Shown here: positions 30,135 through 40,049 of the stretch, piece after piece
How the letters are laid out: every line of letters starts with the position of its first letter
Position numbering within the stretch: the stretch's first letter is position 1
Assembly (NCBI GenBank): GCA_021324265.1
Contig: JAJPJK010000004.1
Location: 64,811 to 128,810 of the forward strand
Origin: Thermoproteota archaeon
GTDB taxonomy: Archaea > Thermoproteota > Thermoprotei > Gearchaeales > Gearchaeaceae
Direction: 5' to 3'
DNA: 64,000 nt
Program-made: the position numbers and the translations under genes
Notes under the pieces: model-generated
Seen by the model: the letters and a program-made list of their open reading frames with translations, nothing else
The model's database searches: none
What the model was told of the DNA's origin: nothing

Positions 30135-30769
30135 ATGGAGCTCAATTATATTATTCAGAGAGAAAAAGATCGCTACATTTATTCAAGAGGAGATAAAAGA
30201 ATCGAAGTCCCATTTGAACTAAAAATAATGGAATATCCAATTCTTAGCACAGATGAATCGATAACAGATTTTTTTGGGATAGTACTTGATCCACCAGTGT
30301 ATGTAAATGAAGATGGAGAAATTAAGATCTATGTGAAGTTACCGCTAGATACAGGGATCTTTGCCACTAATGGATCGAGTTATAAATTAATCGATAAGAT
30401 TGATGTCTATCCAAAGAAATTTGCACTCTACGGCAACATAGGAGAAGGAGTCATATACAGATATTGGAAGACCTCTGCTTACATGGAAGAATTCAAGCCT
30501 GGAAGAAACGAGGCGATAACGCTTATAGATATAATAAATAAGGCTGAAAGCATAGGGAGTATTTCGAAAGTAATTTTTAACTCAAAGGCACTATCACTAT
30601 ATTCATTTGATGATTCTGTTTGCGGAGAAGTTATAAGGGTTACTAGGCTTCAAAAAGGATTAGCGATTACTAAACCGATCAATAAACCTTCCATCGATGG
30701 TGCAAAATACATACCAACAAGCCCCCTAAGTCAATAGGTGGGGAATTCGAAATGAGATTCGGAACATGA
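30135..30769 (+). CDS. DUF432-like protein, frameshift near the 3' end
   Basis: YVKLPLD, KFALYG...EGVIYRYW; adding one C at 30722-30726 gives the tail [15 protein letters not shown], whose TGA overlaps the mscS ATG. Confidence 0.7.
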
Positions 30770-31596
30770 TCATAATTTTGCAAATTCTGGAAAATATTTG
30801 GAATCTGATAATCCAATTCGAAAACATATTTGGTGCAATCGTATCAATTGCTATAGCATTATTATTAGGCAAGTACATCTCAGTAATAATAAGAAGAAGA
30901 CTACACGAAAAGGTTCCTCCTTCAACAATTCAAAACGTAGCGAAGATAGTGTATTATATAATACTACTGATAGGAATAGCTGTAGCGATAAGAATATTGA
31001 ATATTCCTGGCGTTACTTTATCGGAGCTTTTGGTGGCAGGAGGATTTGCAGGTATCGTTATAGGCCTTGCAGCTCAACCTACACTATCCAATTTCATTGC
31101 AGGGATCCTCTTAATGACAGAGAGACCATTTAAAATAGGAGACTTCATAAATTATAGCGGTAACGTAGGAATGGTTGTTGATGTAGGACTCCTTTCTACA
31201 AAAATTCAAAGCTGGGAGGGTTATTATGTTAGGATACCTAATAACGAGTTATTCAATTCACCCCTCATTAATTACTCAAATTCGAAAGCAAGACTTGTTC
31301 GAGTTCAATTCACAATACCTTTCGAACACGATTTGAAAAAAGTGATTCAAGAAGTGCAGAACAAATTAAATGAACAATGGTATGTGTTAGCAGACCCTGG
31401 CCCAGTAGTCTTTCCAATACAATTCAATGACAATGGAATTCTTATAGAAGCAAGGGCATGGACAAGCGGTAATACATGGTTTACACTTTATTCGCAGATG
31501 CCTTCACTAATAGAAGAGGTTTTAAAAAATCTAGGAGTACCGTACTCATATCCAAGACGGATCCTTACTGAAGATAGAGATATTATAAACAAATGA
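30766..31596 (+). CDS. mscS: Small-conductance mechanosensitive channel
   Basis: [30 protein letters not shown]. Confidence 0.92.
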   Translation: MIIILQILENIWNLIIQFENIFGAIVSIAIALLLGKYISVIIRRRLHEKVPPSTIQNVAKIVYYIILLIGIAVAIRILNIPGVTLSELLVAGGFAGIVIGLAAQPTLSNFIAGILLMTERPFKIGDFINYSGNVGMVVDVGLLSTKIQSWEGYYVRIPNNELFNSPLINYSNSKARLVRVQFTIPFEHDLKKVIQEVQNKLNEQWYVLADPGPVVFPIQFNDNGILIEARAWTSGNTWFTLYSQMPSLIEEVLKNLGVPYSYPRRILTEDRDIINK

Positions 31597-32333
31597 AATC
31601 ATTAGATAAAGAGTTCAGCGTGGGTATTGCGATAGAATTTAGAGAAGTAACGAAATATTATGGTAACGTCCTTGCGCTTGATAATATTTCTTTTAACATA
31701 CCGATTGGTTCTAAAACTGCCTTATTAGGCCCAAATGGAGCAGGAAAAACAACTACTTTAAAGTTGATTGTTGGACTTTTAAGACCAAATCAAGGACTTA
31801 TAAGAATAATGAATTTCGAGCCAGATTCCGTAGAGGCTAAGTCTTTGGTAGGCTATTTGCCAGAAGATGCTCAGCCATATCGAGTTCTCTCTGTTAGAGA
31901 AAATCTAGAGTACATTGGTGCACTGAGAAATGTCGAGGATTTGAAGAATAGAGTTGATGAACTGCTAGATGCGTTAAACTTGAGAGAATTCGAGAAAGCA
32001 AAGGTAGGTAGACTTTCCAGAGGGAATGTACAAAAGCTGGCCATAGCACTTGCAATAATTCACAACCCAAAGATCTTAGTTTTGGATGAACCATTAAACT
32101 ATTTAGACATACCTACGCAAGAAAGCGTTGTTAAGATTTTGAAATCGATGGATTGCACAATGCTAGTTTCTACACATATCATGTCGATAGCCTCGAGGCT
32201 TACAGAAGATGTTTTAATGATATCAAGAGGAAAATTGATTTGGAGCGGAAAAATCAATGATCTAAGAAAATTAGGAAGTGAAGAAGAGCCTCTTGAAGCA
32301 ATAGTTTCAAGAATGCTTACGCAATACAAATAG
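31593..32333 (+). CDS. ABC exporter ATP-binding protein (start may be GTG at 31620)
   Basis: [13 protein letters not shown] signature variant, LVLDEP, STH. Confidence 0.92.
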   Translation: MKSLDKEFSVGIAIEFREVTKYYGNVLALDNISFNIPIGSKTALLGPNGAGKTTTLKLIVGLLRPNQGLIRIMNFEPDSVEAKSLVGYLPEDAQPYRVLSVRENLEYIGALRNVEDLKNRVDELLDALNLREFEKAKVGRLSRGNVQKLAIALAIIHNPKILVLDEPLNYLDIPTQESVVKILKSMDCTMLVSTHIMSIASRLTEDVLMISRGKLIWSGKINDLRKLGSEEEPLEAIVSRMLTQYK

Positions 32334-32888
32334 TTACAAGAAAAACCTTTTCAAATAATAAACCAAAAATATAGAGAGAATTAAAAAAACAAATACTGAA
32401 AATAAAGGATTAAAGATTTCAATAGGTCTAAGCGAAGCTATAAGCACAACACTTATAAAAGCAGAAAACGAAGCAACAAAAAATTCTCTAAAAAACTTTC
32501 TAGATATATTTTTCCTTAATATAGATTTATCTGATTCACTTATTAATTTATAATTAGTTAGTAAGTCACTAATATTTACAAGAAAAGAAAACATTTCACC
32601 GTCAAGTAATAACAACAAAAATACTAAGATTAAATATAGATAATTGTTAAAGATAAAAAGAGTATATATAAATAAAATTGAAATAACAAAAAAGTTTGAA
32701 GCTTTAAAAATTAGTCTATAATGAAATATTTTAAAGATTATAAAAAATAATATGCTAAAAATAAATAAGAAGGTAGTAATTGTAGAAATAATGCTATTAT
32801 TAATAGATATAAACAAAAATAAAGCAAAGAATAAGTTTATAAAATAAATGAAGTACTGAGAGTATTTCAACGAAAAGATCTTGCCCAT
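32334..32888 (-). CDS. Hypothetical membrane protein, last gene of the MoxR/DUF58 unit
   Basis: F/I/L-rich multi-TM ORF overlapping the DUF58 stop; extremely AT-rich. Confidence 0.55.
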   Translation of the reverse strand: MGKIFSLKYSQYFIYFINLFFALFLFISINNSIISTITTFLFIFSILFFIIFKIFHYRLIFKASNFFVISILFIYTLFIFNNYLYLILVFLLLLLDGEMFSFLVNISDLLTNYKLISESDKSILRKNISRKFFREFFVASFSAFISVVLIASLRPIEIFNPLFSVFVFLILSIFLVYYLKRFFL

Positions 32889-34129
32889 ATTTCTGAAGCA
32901 CGTTTTAATTCAACATCCAAAGCCTTCTCAATATCCCATTCTAATACATTTGAAAAACGCCTAAGCAAAGAAAGATAATTTTCTCTCTCTATTCTTATGA
33001 TTCTATCTGCTAAGTCCATCTCTTCGTAAGGTAAGTTTTCAAAAGGCGAAGGAGCGACTACCGTTACTTGGTAACCTTTTTTTGCAAGCTCAGCTATTGC
33101 TATGGCTATTTCAAAGTCTATTATCGGAGAAACTATTATTATTTGAGTAGTAACTGGAAAAAGGAAACTAACATATTCCTTCAAAAGCCTTAAGTCGCTA
33201 AGTTTTCCAGGCTCTGAGTCAATTACTGCATATAATATCCTATCAAATTGTTTCCTACCGAAAGAAGGCTTAATTCGATACGGTTCCTCTCCAAGAACTA
33301 AAAGGCCCACTCTATGTTTATCCCTAATTAATCTGTAGGAAATTAAGAGAGTTGCCCTCGAAGAATACAGGAGCAATGATTTCTTCTTATACTTAATATC
33401 GTTGACAGCCCTGTAATCAAGAATTAATAAGACATCAGAGCTTAGATCAGCGTTATATGAATTTTTCATCAGTACCCCTGTTTTAGCTGTTGCCTTCCAA
33501 TTAATCCTCCTTATGCTATCCGATTCCTTAGCTTCAATAACAGCATAGAATTCATTGCCTACTCCTATAGATCTCGATACGCTATCGCCTGGCCACGGTT
33601 TGGTGTGCTTGGGCATAAGCTTTATTTCCCCAAACAAGCTTATTTTAGGCGAAACCTTTATGCTAGCGTAAGCTTCGTAAACTTTCCTTAAGCTTTGAGA
33701 TCCATCGGAATTGGAAGCAAGAACTATTATCGGTCCTAATTTGTATTTACCTATTTCTCCTGCTTTCAAAACGTAACTGTAGGTTTTTCTCTCACCTTTC
33801 TTAATTGAAAAAAGCATAACGTTAGATCCTTCTACGACCTCAATTCCTTCTTGAAGAGAATCCAAGATGTAAAGATGATCTATATCTGAACCTTTATTAA
33901 ATACATCTAAACGAACTCTCAGTTCGTCATCCTCCCTTATTATTTCTTTTTCTAGCTGCCTTTTTATTTCAAGATCTAGGATGAGTTGTTTCCTAAAGTT
34001 GGCCATCAAAACCAAATAGACAAACAAAGGAATGCTCAAGAATAATAAATTCTCATTCCTTAACAATGAACCAACAGAAAGTAAAATGAGCATTGATACA
34101 ACTATAGTAAAAACCTTAAGGGAGAACAT
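32867..34129 (-). CDS. DUF58 protein (vWA-like MoxR partner)
   Basis: G.GNEFY, DSIRRINWKATAK, D.HRVGL; N-terminal TMs. Confidence 0.88.
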   Translation of the reverse strand: MFSLKVFTIVVSMLILLSVGSLLRNENLLFLSIPLFVYLVLMANFRKQLILDLEIKRQLEKEIIREDDELRVRLDVFNKGSDIDHLYILDSLQEGIEVVEGSNVMLFSIKKGERKTYSYVLKAGEIGKYKLGPIIVLASNSDGSQSLRKVYEAYASIKVSPKISLFGEIKLMPKHTKPWPGDSVSRSIGVGNEFYAVIEAKESDSIRRINWKATAKTGVLMKNSYNADLSSDVLLILDYRAVNDIKYKKKSLLLYSSRATLLISYRLIRDKHRVGLLVLGEEPYRIKPSFGRKQFDRILYAVIDSEPGKLSDLRLLKEYVSFLFPVTTQIIIVSPIIDFEIAIAIAELAKKGYQVTVVAPSPFENLPYEEMDLADRIIRIERENYLSLLRRFSNVLEWDIEKALDVELKRASEIWARSFR

Positions 34130-35067
34130 CAGAGTTTAGGAACAGGAACTTGGTTTAATATGCGCTCAATTATTTGATCAGGCTTAATACCACGAAGCCA
34201 GTATTCAGTTCTAAGTATTAATCTATGCCTCAGAGCAGGCACCGCAACTCTCTTTATATCATCTGGTGTTACGAAATCTCTAGCATTAGAGTAAGCCATA
34301 GCGCGAGCTAGTTTAAGTATAGCTATGGAACCTCTTACGCTTGCACCTACCTCAACTTCAGGTGCGTTCCTAGTTCCATTTACTATTTGAACGATATACT
34401 TTTTCAAATCTTCTGCAATGTAGATACGCTCAACATCAGTTTGAAGTTGAAGAACTTCCTTAGCGTTTAATATTGCTCTTATTTCAAAATCATCTGTCAT
34501 CCTTTTTATCCTCCTGCTTAAAATTTCTACTTCCTCTTCAGGTTTAGGATAACCAACGCTTATCTTCATGATGAAACGGTCTAATTGTGCTTCAGGAAGA
34601 GGGTATGTCCCTTCATATTCTATAGGATTTTGTGTGGCTATTACAATGAAAGGTCTCTCCAGCAAATACGTATTTCCCTCCACTGAAACTTGTCTTTCCT
34701 GCATTGCTTCGAGCAAAGCAGATTGAGTCCTTGGCGGAGCCCTGTTGATTTCATCTGCCAATAGAATATTTGTAAAAATTGGACCTTTGCGGAATTCGAA
34801 TTGAGACGTCTCTCTATTGAGAACAAAAGAACCTGTAATATCAGAGGGCAATAAATCGGATGTAAATTGTATTCGCTTAAAATTTAGTCCAAGTGCTTTA
34901 GCAAAAGATTTAGCTATAAGTGTCTTTGCCAAGCCTGGATAATCTTCTATAAGCACGTGACCGTCTACGAGGATGGCTAGCATTATTAATTCAAGAACTT
35001 CATCTTTGCCTACGACAACTTGGGATATTTCTTGTAATACAGATGCTATCTTATCATTCTTTACCAT
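34129..35067 (-). CDS. moxR: MoxR family AAA+ ATPase
   Basis: GHVLIEDYPGLAKT, RIQFTSDLLPSD, DEINRAPPRTQSALLEAMQE, ATQNPIEYEGTYPLPEAQLDRF. Confidence 0.95.
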   Translation of the reverse strand: MVKNDKIASVLQEISQVVVGKDEVLELIMLAILVDGHVLIEDYPGLAKTLIAKSFAKALGLNFKRIQFTSDLLPSDITGSFVLNRETSQFEFRKGPIFTNILLADEINRAPPRTQSALLEAMQERQVSVEGNTYLLERPFIVIATQNPIEYEGTYPLPEAQLDRFIMKISVGYPKPEEEVEILSRRIKRMTDDFEIRAILNAKEVLQLQTDVERIYIAEDLKKYIVQIVNGTRNAPEVEVGASVRGSIAILKLARAMAYSNARDFVTPDDIKRVAVPALRHRLILRTEYWLRGIKPDQIIERILNQVPVPKL

Positions 35068-35519
35068 ACCATATCTATTGCCTTCTTCAAAGTAAATTCA
35101 TATCGCCGCTTATCCTTGAAATAACCTTCATGATCTCTATAGAAGATTAAAGCTACAATATCTCGATCCCCTATAAGATTCATTGCAGTTTCCTCATCGA
35201 GCCTAACATTGTATTTCCTTTCAAACGCTTCTTTGATGATTTCACCTATATTTATTCTAGCCATACTAGAACCTTCTATAGCGCCTTTAACAAGCTTCCT
35301 TTTTCTCTGGTATGGGTTTTCGTAGCTATATTTCACAAACCTTTTAACGAATACGTCTATAATGTAGGTGTTTTTGAAGTAGGAATAGAAAACCAATGAT
35401 AGGGGGACTAAAAACAGAGGAAGTAAAATATAATATGAGATCAAATCAGACTTAAAGAAAAACGTCAAAAAGATGAGGATCAAAGATGATATCAAAACCG
35501 TGAGTTCTAATTTAGTCAT
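35061..35519 (-). CDS. Hypothetical 2-TM protein in the MoxR operon
   Basis: Overlaps both neighbours; two N-terminal TMs. Confidence 0.65.
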   Translation of the reverse strand: MTKLELTVLISSLILIFLTFFFKSDLISYYILLPLFLVPLSLVFYSYFKNTYIIDVFVKRFVKYSYENPYQRKRKLVKGAIEGSSMARINIGEIIKEAFERKYNVRLDEETAMNLIGDRDIVALIFYRDHEGYFKDKRRYEFTLKKAIDMVW

Positions 35520-36210
35520 GATCCTCCAGTTGCTTGATTATGTCTTCAACCAAGGTTTTTGTATATTTTATTTTGGTCTCGTCTAACTCATGATTACTAT
35601 ACCTCACTTCTTCGAAGATATTTGTTAAAATATCGAATCCCTTAATCTTTCTTCCCAGTATTTTGTATACTTCATTCTCAAATTCTTTTGCAGTGAGTTG
35701 AGGCGCATTTACTACTCCTTTTTTCTCTAAGAACTCGCATACTTTCCTATATAGTTCTAAGATTGGATTAGAATTCTTTACATATTCCAGATCTAGCTTA
35801 TCAATGTTTTCGCTAAGCATCTGCTTGAATTCCAATATGGAAGATTCTTCATAAGTTTTCCTGCTCCTAAACTTAAAACTGGGCTTCCCAGAAGAAAAAG
35901 AAAAAAGAGCGAATAACGAAAAAATTGAAAGGGCGATCATAATTGAGAAAATTAAGTAATCGAAATAGCTCGATAACAAAGATGGTTTTTTAGTTTCTAT
36001 GTTAAAAATCTCTCCTTTACTTTGACTTGAATTTAGCATCTCCGAAGTCGATGTTGAAATCGTTTGTGTAACAGTATTGACAGGTGGCGAAGTTTGATTG
36101 AGACTTTGATAAACAGTTTGCTTATTCAATAAATCTAAACTATATACCAGACTAAGGACGGAAAAAGTGAATAATAACGTTACTATTATTGCTTCTATCC
36201 TTAAATTCAA
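35512..36210 (-). CDS. DUF4129 domain membrane protein
   Basis: ILELY...L...G, TAKEF, LTNIFEEVRYS. Confidence 0.8.
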   Translation of the reverse strand: MNLRIEAIIVTLLFTFSVLSLVYSLDLLNKQTVYQSLNQTSPPVNTVTQTISTSTSEMLNSSQSKGEIFNIETKKPSLLSSYFDYLIFSIMIALSIFSLFALFSFSSGKPSFKFRSRKTYEESSILEFKQMLSENIDKLDLEYVKNSNPILELYRKVCEFLEKKGVVNAPQLTAKEFENEVYKILGRKIKGFDILTNIFEEVRYSNHELDETKIKYTKTLVEDIIKQLEDHD

Positions 36211-37415
36211 GTTAAATCTACGCTAACCCCGAATCTCTTCTTGACCAAGCTCCTTATTATTGTCAATCTCTGAATATCGTTAGCGCCTTCGTATATTTCT
36301 GTTATCATCGTATCTCTCAGTGAACGTTCTATGCCTGTCTCTCTAACAACGCCATAACCTCCATGCATTTTAATTGCATTTATTGATGCTTTTTCTGCAG
36401 CCTCAGTAGCGAAGGTCTTAGCTAATGATGCTGCCATTATTGCATCCTTACTTCCTTTATCCATTAACGTAGCTGCCCAATAAGTCAACAATCTTGCAGC
36501 CTCTAGATTGATCAACATATCAGCGATTTTGAAAGCAATTGCTTCAAAGCTCAAAATAGGTCTTCCAAAAGCATTTCGCATTGCTGTGTAATCTAGAGTT
36601 CGTTCTAATAGACCTTGCATTATTCCTACAGCCTGCGCAGCGATTCCTATTCTCCCATGGTCGTAAGTCGAAACAATTGCCTTGAATGCATTACCTTCCT
36701 CACCAACTATGTTTTCAGCAGGCACTTCGACGTTGTCTAAAATGACTTCATAAGGTTGTTCGCCTCTAAGACCCATAGTATTTATCCTTGAAGTTACCTT
36801 TAAACCTGGCATTCCTTTTTCTACAATGAATAAAGAAAGTCCTTTCCATCTCTCTTTGCTGGATGGAGGCGGACTTGTCCTTGCAGATACTACAAGAAAG
36901 TCTGCACGATTTGCGCCTGTTATGAAAAGTTTTCTTCCATTAATGACCCACTTATTGCCTTCCTTTCTTGCTGTTGTCTGTATTCCTGCTACATCGCTCC
37001 CTGCACCTGGCTCTGTATTGGCATGCGCGGCGAATGCCTCACCCTTTGCTATCTTAGTTACGTACTTCCTCCTTTGTTCTTCACTTCCAAATGCAAGAAC
37101 CGGATAAGCAAACAAGTGATTAACAGCTATGGCAGTAGCAAAGGCAGGTAAAAATCGAGATATTTCCTCGATCATAACTGCCATCATCAACGAACCACCA
37201 CCTTGGCCATCGTATTCAGGAGGAATCCCTACGCCAACAAGCCCAAGTTCTATCGCTTTCTTAAATACATCTTCATCTATCTCGTTCGTTTCTTCTACCT
37301 TGTTTACAATTGGTGCAAGATACTTCTCTGAAAATTCTCTAATCGTACTTCTAAAAGCTTCGATCTCCTCAGGTATTTCTATCTTGAAGTCAAAACTATT
37401 GTTGAAAGGGAACAT
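36207..37415 (-). CDS. Acyl-CoA dehydrogenase
   Basis: TEPGAGSD, INGRKLFIT, GRIGIAAQAVG, R.AFG.PI, HGGYG, IYEGANDIQR; ATG 37415 preferred over track start 37436. Confidence 0.93.
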   Translation of the reverse strand: MFPFNNSFDFKIEIPEEIEAFRSTIREFSEKYLAPIVNKVEETNEIDEDVFKKAIELGLVGVGIPPEYDGQGGGSLMMAVMIEEISRFLPAFATAIAVNHLFAYPVLAFGSEEQRRKYVTKIAKGEAFAAHANTEPGAGSDVAGIQTTARKEGNKWVINGRKLFITGANRADFLVVSARTSPPPSSKERWKGLSLFIVEKGMPGLKVTSRINTMGLRGEQPYEVILDNVEVPAENIVGEEGNAFKAIVSTYDHGRIGIAAQAVGIMQGLLERTLDYTAMRNAFGRPILSFEAIAFKIADMLINLEAARLLTYWAATLMDKGSKDAIMAASLAKTFATEAAEKASINAIKMHGGYGVVRETGIERSLRDTMITEIYEGANDIQRLTIIRSLVKKRFGVSVDLT

Positions 37416-37479
37416 AAGTATCTTAATACTACTCAATATATATCTTTCATTCTGAATTAGAGTTAGGTTTACTATATAA

Positions 37480-38565
37480 TTAATATATATCTAATCTGGA
37501 TAATCTTTTCAATGCAGATAACTTCTCGTAGGATCCAAGTTTAGCCCTTTCAATTGCATCTTTGAATATCGCTATTGTATTTCTGTAAGTGTTTTTGTCC
37601 ACTGGATAAGGAACTCCATCTTTGCCTCCATGCGCAAAGGAGAACTTAGCAGGATCCCTCCATGCAGCAGGTGTTCCAAATACAATTTCTGATACCAATG
37701 CAAGTGCCCTTATTGTTTTAGGACCTACACCTTTAAACTCAACAATCTCTTCATACTTGCTAGGTTTAAGCTCATATAGTTCTTCTATCAAATTCCAATC
37801 CAAATTTAAAGGCATCTCATAGCGAATCTCTCTTGAACCAAAAATCCAATGATCCAATGGCCCAGAAAAACTCTCTTTTACAAGTCTTTTTACCTTTAAT
37901 GGATTTTCATTAACGATATCAACACAAGCTTTTCTACAGTCCTCACTCTCCTTAGCTACCATATTCAAGACCTTAATGCTTACCGGCTCGCCGATAATAC
38001 CATTGTGTGGTTCATTAACAAAGCTGCTTACATTCTTAGAAAACCAATGATATCTTCGAGCCTTGATTTCATTTTCATTCATTCCTTGTTGAACAACTGC
38101 CCAATTGCCCTTTTCATCGATTAGAATTACGTGATGATAAAGAACATGACCTGATTGTATGAGATTATTATCTATTTTCGCAACTAGCCTGCTAACCCTT
38201 ATGAATTTCGAAGGATCATCTATACCTATTTTTTTGGAAAGCTCTAAAATTTCATCAGGGACTTTTCTGGATTTCCTCCCTTTGCCACCAGCAACTATTA
38301 TACCTAAATCTTGTTCATTCAACACAGTTTTTATTACACCAGTTACAACAGTTGTAACTCCAGATGAATGCCAGTCATAACCTAACACACACCCAAAGGA
38401 CTGAAACCAAAGCGGGTCAGAAATCCTACTTAAAAAGGCTTCCGTTCCATATTCATTGATTATTATATTACAGACTTCCTTTGAGAGTTCTTTCATTAAG
38501 TTGATTAACCAAGGAGGAGCATGACCTCCATGAAGAGGTAAATCTATTGTTGGAGCCCTTTCCAT
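37480..38565 (-). CDS. DUF763 family protein
   Basis: LPLHGGHAP, DPLWFQSFGC, DWHSSG, VVQQGM, ARRYHW, HhH-like GVGPKT, HGGKDGVPYPV; TATA supports ATG 38565. Confidence 0.9.
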   Translation of the reverse strand: MERAPTIDLPLHGGHAPPWLINLMKELSKEVCNIIINEYGTEAFLSRISDPLWFQSFGCVLGYDWHSSGVTTVVTGVIKTVLNEQDLGIIVAGGKGRKSRKVPDEILELSKKIGIDDPSKFIRVSRLVAKIDNNLIQSGHVLYHHVILIDEKGNWAVVQQGMNENEIKARRYHWFSKNVSSFVNEPHNGIIGEPVSIKVLNMVAKESEDCRKACVDIVNENPLKVKRLVKESFSGPLDHWIFGSREIRYEMPLNLDWNLIEELYELKPSKYEEIVEFKGVGPKTIRALALVSEIVFGTPAAWRDPAKFSFAHGGKDGVPYPVDKNTYRNTIAIFKDAIERAKLGSYEKLSALKRLSRLDIY

Positions 38566-38653
38566 CAAATAATCGAATATTCTTGATATTATAAAAGGTT
38601 CATCAACATTTTTCAAATAAATTTTAAAAAAATCCCTTGCTATATGATAACTT

Positions 38654-40012
38654 ATGGGTTTTAAAATAGAAGAAGTATCTCCTAAATTTGAAAGAGTCTC
38701 CTTACATAGTCATATTAGGGGTCTGGGGATTAGAGATGGAAAGGTTCAATTCGCTAGCGATGGCTTTGTAGGCCAGGTTGAAGCAAGGGAGGCAGCATAT
38801 TATGTAACAAAACTCATCAAAGATGGTAGATTTGGAGGAAAAGGCGTTCTCTTAGTAGGGCCTCCTGGTACTGGCAAAACTGCACTCGCAATAGGTATTG
38901 CACGTGAACTCGGTTTCGATACTCCTTTCGTGCATCTTTCAGCTGCCGAAATATTCAGTCTAGAAGTCAAGAAAACTGAATTTTTAACAAGAGCGCTCAG
39001 AAGAGGCGTGGGCGTTAGGATAAGAGAGCTGAGAAAAGTATACGAGGGCGTGGTCAGAAAAATTGATTATAAGTTCGGTAGGCATCCATATAATCCATAT
39101 GCCCAAATACCTGTTGCTGCTACTGTAACTCTCAGAACGAAACAGGAAGAAAAGACACTCAGGGTACCACAGGAGATTGCGCAACAGCTAGCTGATAGCA
39201 ACGTTGAAACTGGCGACGTTATCTGGATCGATGAAGAAACTGGCCGCGTATTCGTTCAAGGTAAGACTGAAGAAGAAGGTGCAGAGGTTTATGACGTCAA
39301 TGTTAGAAAGAAGATAGAAGTACCATCTGGGCCAGTATACAAGGACAAGGAAATAACGAGATATTTCACATGCCATGATTTGGATGTGTTGAATGCAAGA
39401 CAACAAGGGCTATTGAGCATGCTAATGTTCGGTACTGCCGGTGAAGAAAAAGAAATACCATTGGAAGTCAGAAAATCTGTGGATGAATTCATAATGAAAA
39501 CTGTAAATGAAGGAAAAGGTGAGCTCATTCCTGGTGTTATATTCATCGATGATGCTCACATGTTGGATATAGAGACATGGGCATTCCTTACAAGAGCTAT
39601 GGAAAGTGAGTTAAGCCCAATTATGATCCTTGCTACAAATAGAGGATTTACAAAAATCAGAGGAACAGATATCGAATCTCCACATGGAATCCCATTGGAT
39701 ATGTTGGATAGATTGATCATTATAAGAACGAGATTTTATAATGAACAGGAAATAAAAGAGATTATTAAAATAAGGGCAAGAGAGGAAAAAGTAGATTTAA
39801 GTGAGGACGCATTAGAAGAATTGACAAAAGTTGGTTTAGAACATAGTTTGAGATATGCTACACAGCTACTTTCTCCTTCATTAATAAGGGCCAAAGAAAT
39901 GGGGAGAAATAAGGTTGAAAAAGAGGATGTTGAATACATAAAGAAACTCTTCGTCAGCACCAAAGAAAGCGTAGAATACGTTAAAGAACTGGAGAAGTAT
40001 TTTTTGAGATAA
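38654..40012 (+). CDS. TIP49/RuvB-like AAA+ helicase
   Basis: HSHIRGLG, GPPGTGKT, VYEG, GVIFIDDAHMLDIE, ATNRG, SPHGIPLDMLDR, SLRYA. Confidence 0.95.
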   Translation: MGFKIEEVSPKFERVSLHSHIRGLGIRDGKVQFASDGFVGQVEAREAAYYVTKLIKDGRFGGKGVLLVGPPGTGKTALAIGIARELGFDTPFVHLSAAEIFSLEVKKTEFLTRALRRGVGVRIRELRKVYEGVVRKIDYKFGRHPYNPYAQIPVAATVTLRTKQEEKTLRVPQEIAQQLADSNVETGDVIWIDEETGRVFVQGKTEEEGAEVYDVNVRKKIEVPSGPVYKDKEITRYFTCHDLDVLNARQQGLLSMLMFGTAGEEKEIPLEVRKSVDEFIMKTVNEGKGELIPGVIFIDDAHMLDIETWAFLTRAMESELSPIMILATNRGFTKIRGTDIESPHGIPLDMLDRLIIIRTRFYNEQEIKEIIKIRAREEKVDLSEDALEELTKVGLEHSLRYATQLLSPSLIRAKEMGRNKVEKEDVEYIKKLFVSTKESVEYVKELEKYFLR

Positions 40013-40049
40013 TTCTCTATTTTTATTATAATTCCATCGATCTCTATTT

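Noticed and set aside
16301-30769. Programmed -1 ribosomal frameshifting at the three broken genes
   Set aside because: No canonical X XXY YYZ heptamer at any site; the genes are unrelated; homopolymer error is the simpler explanation
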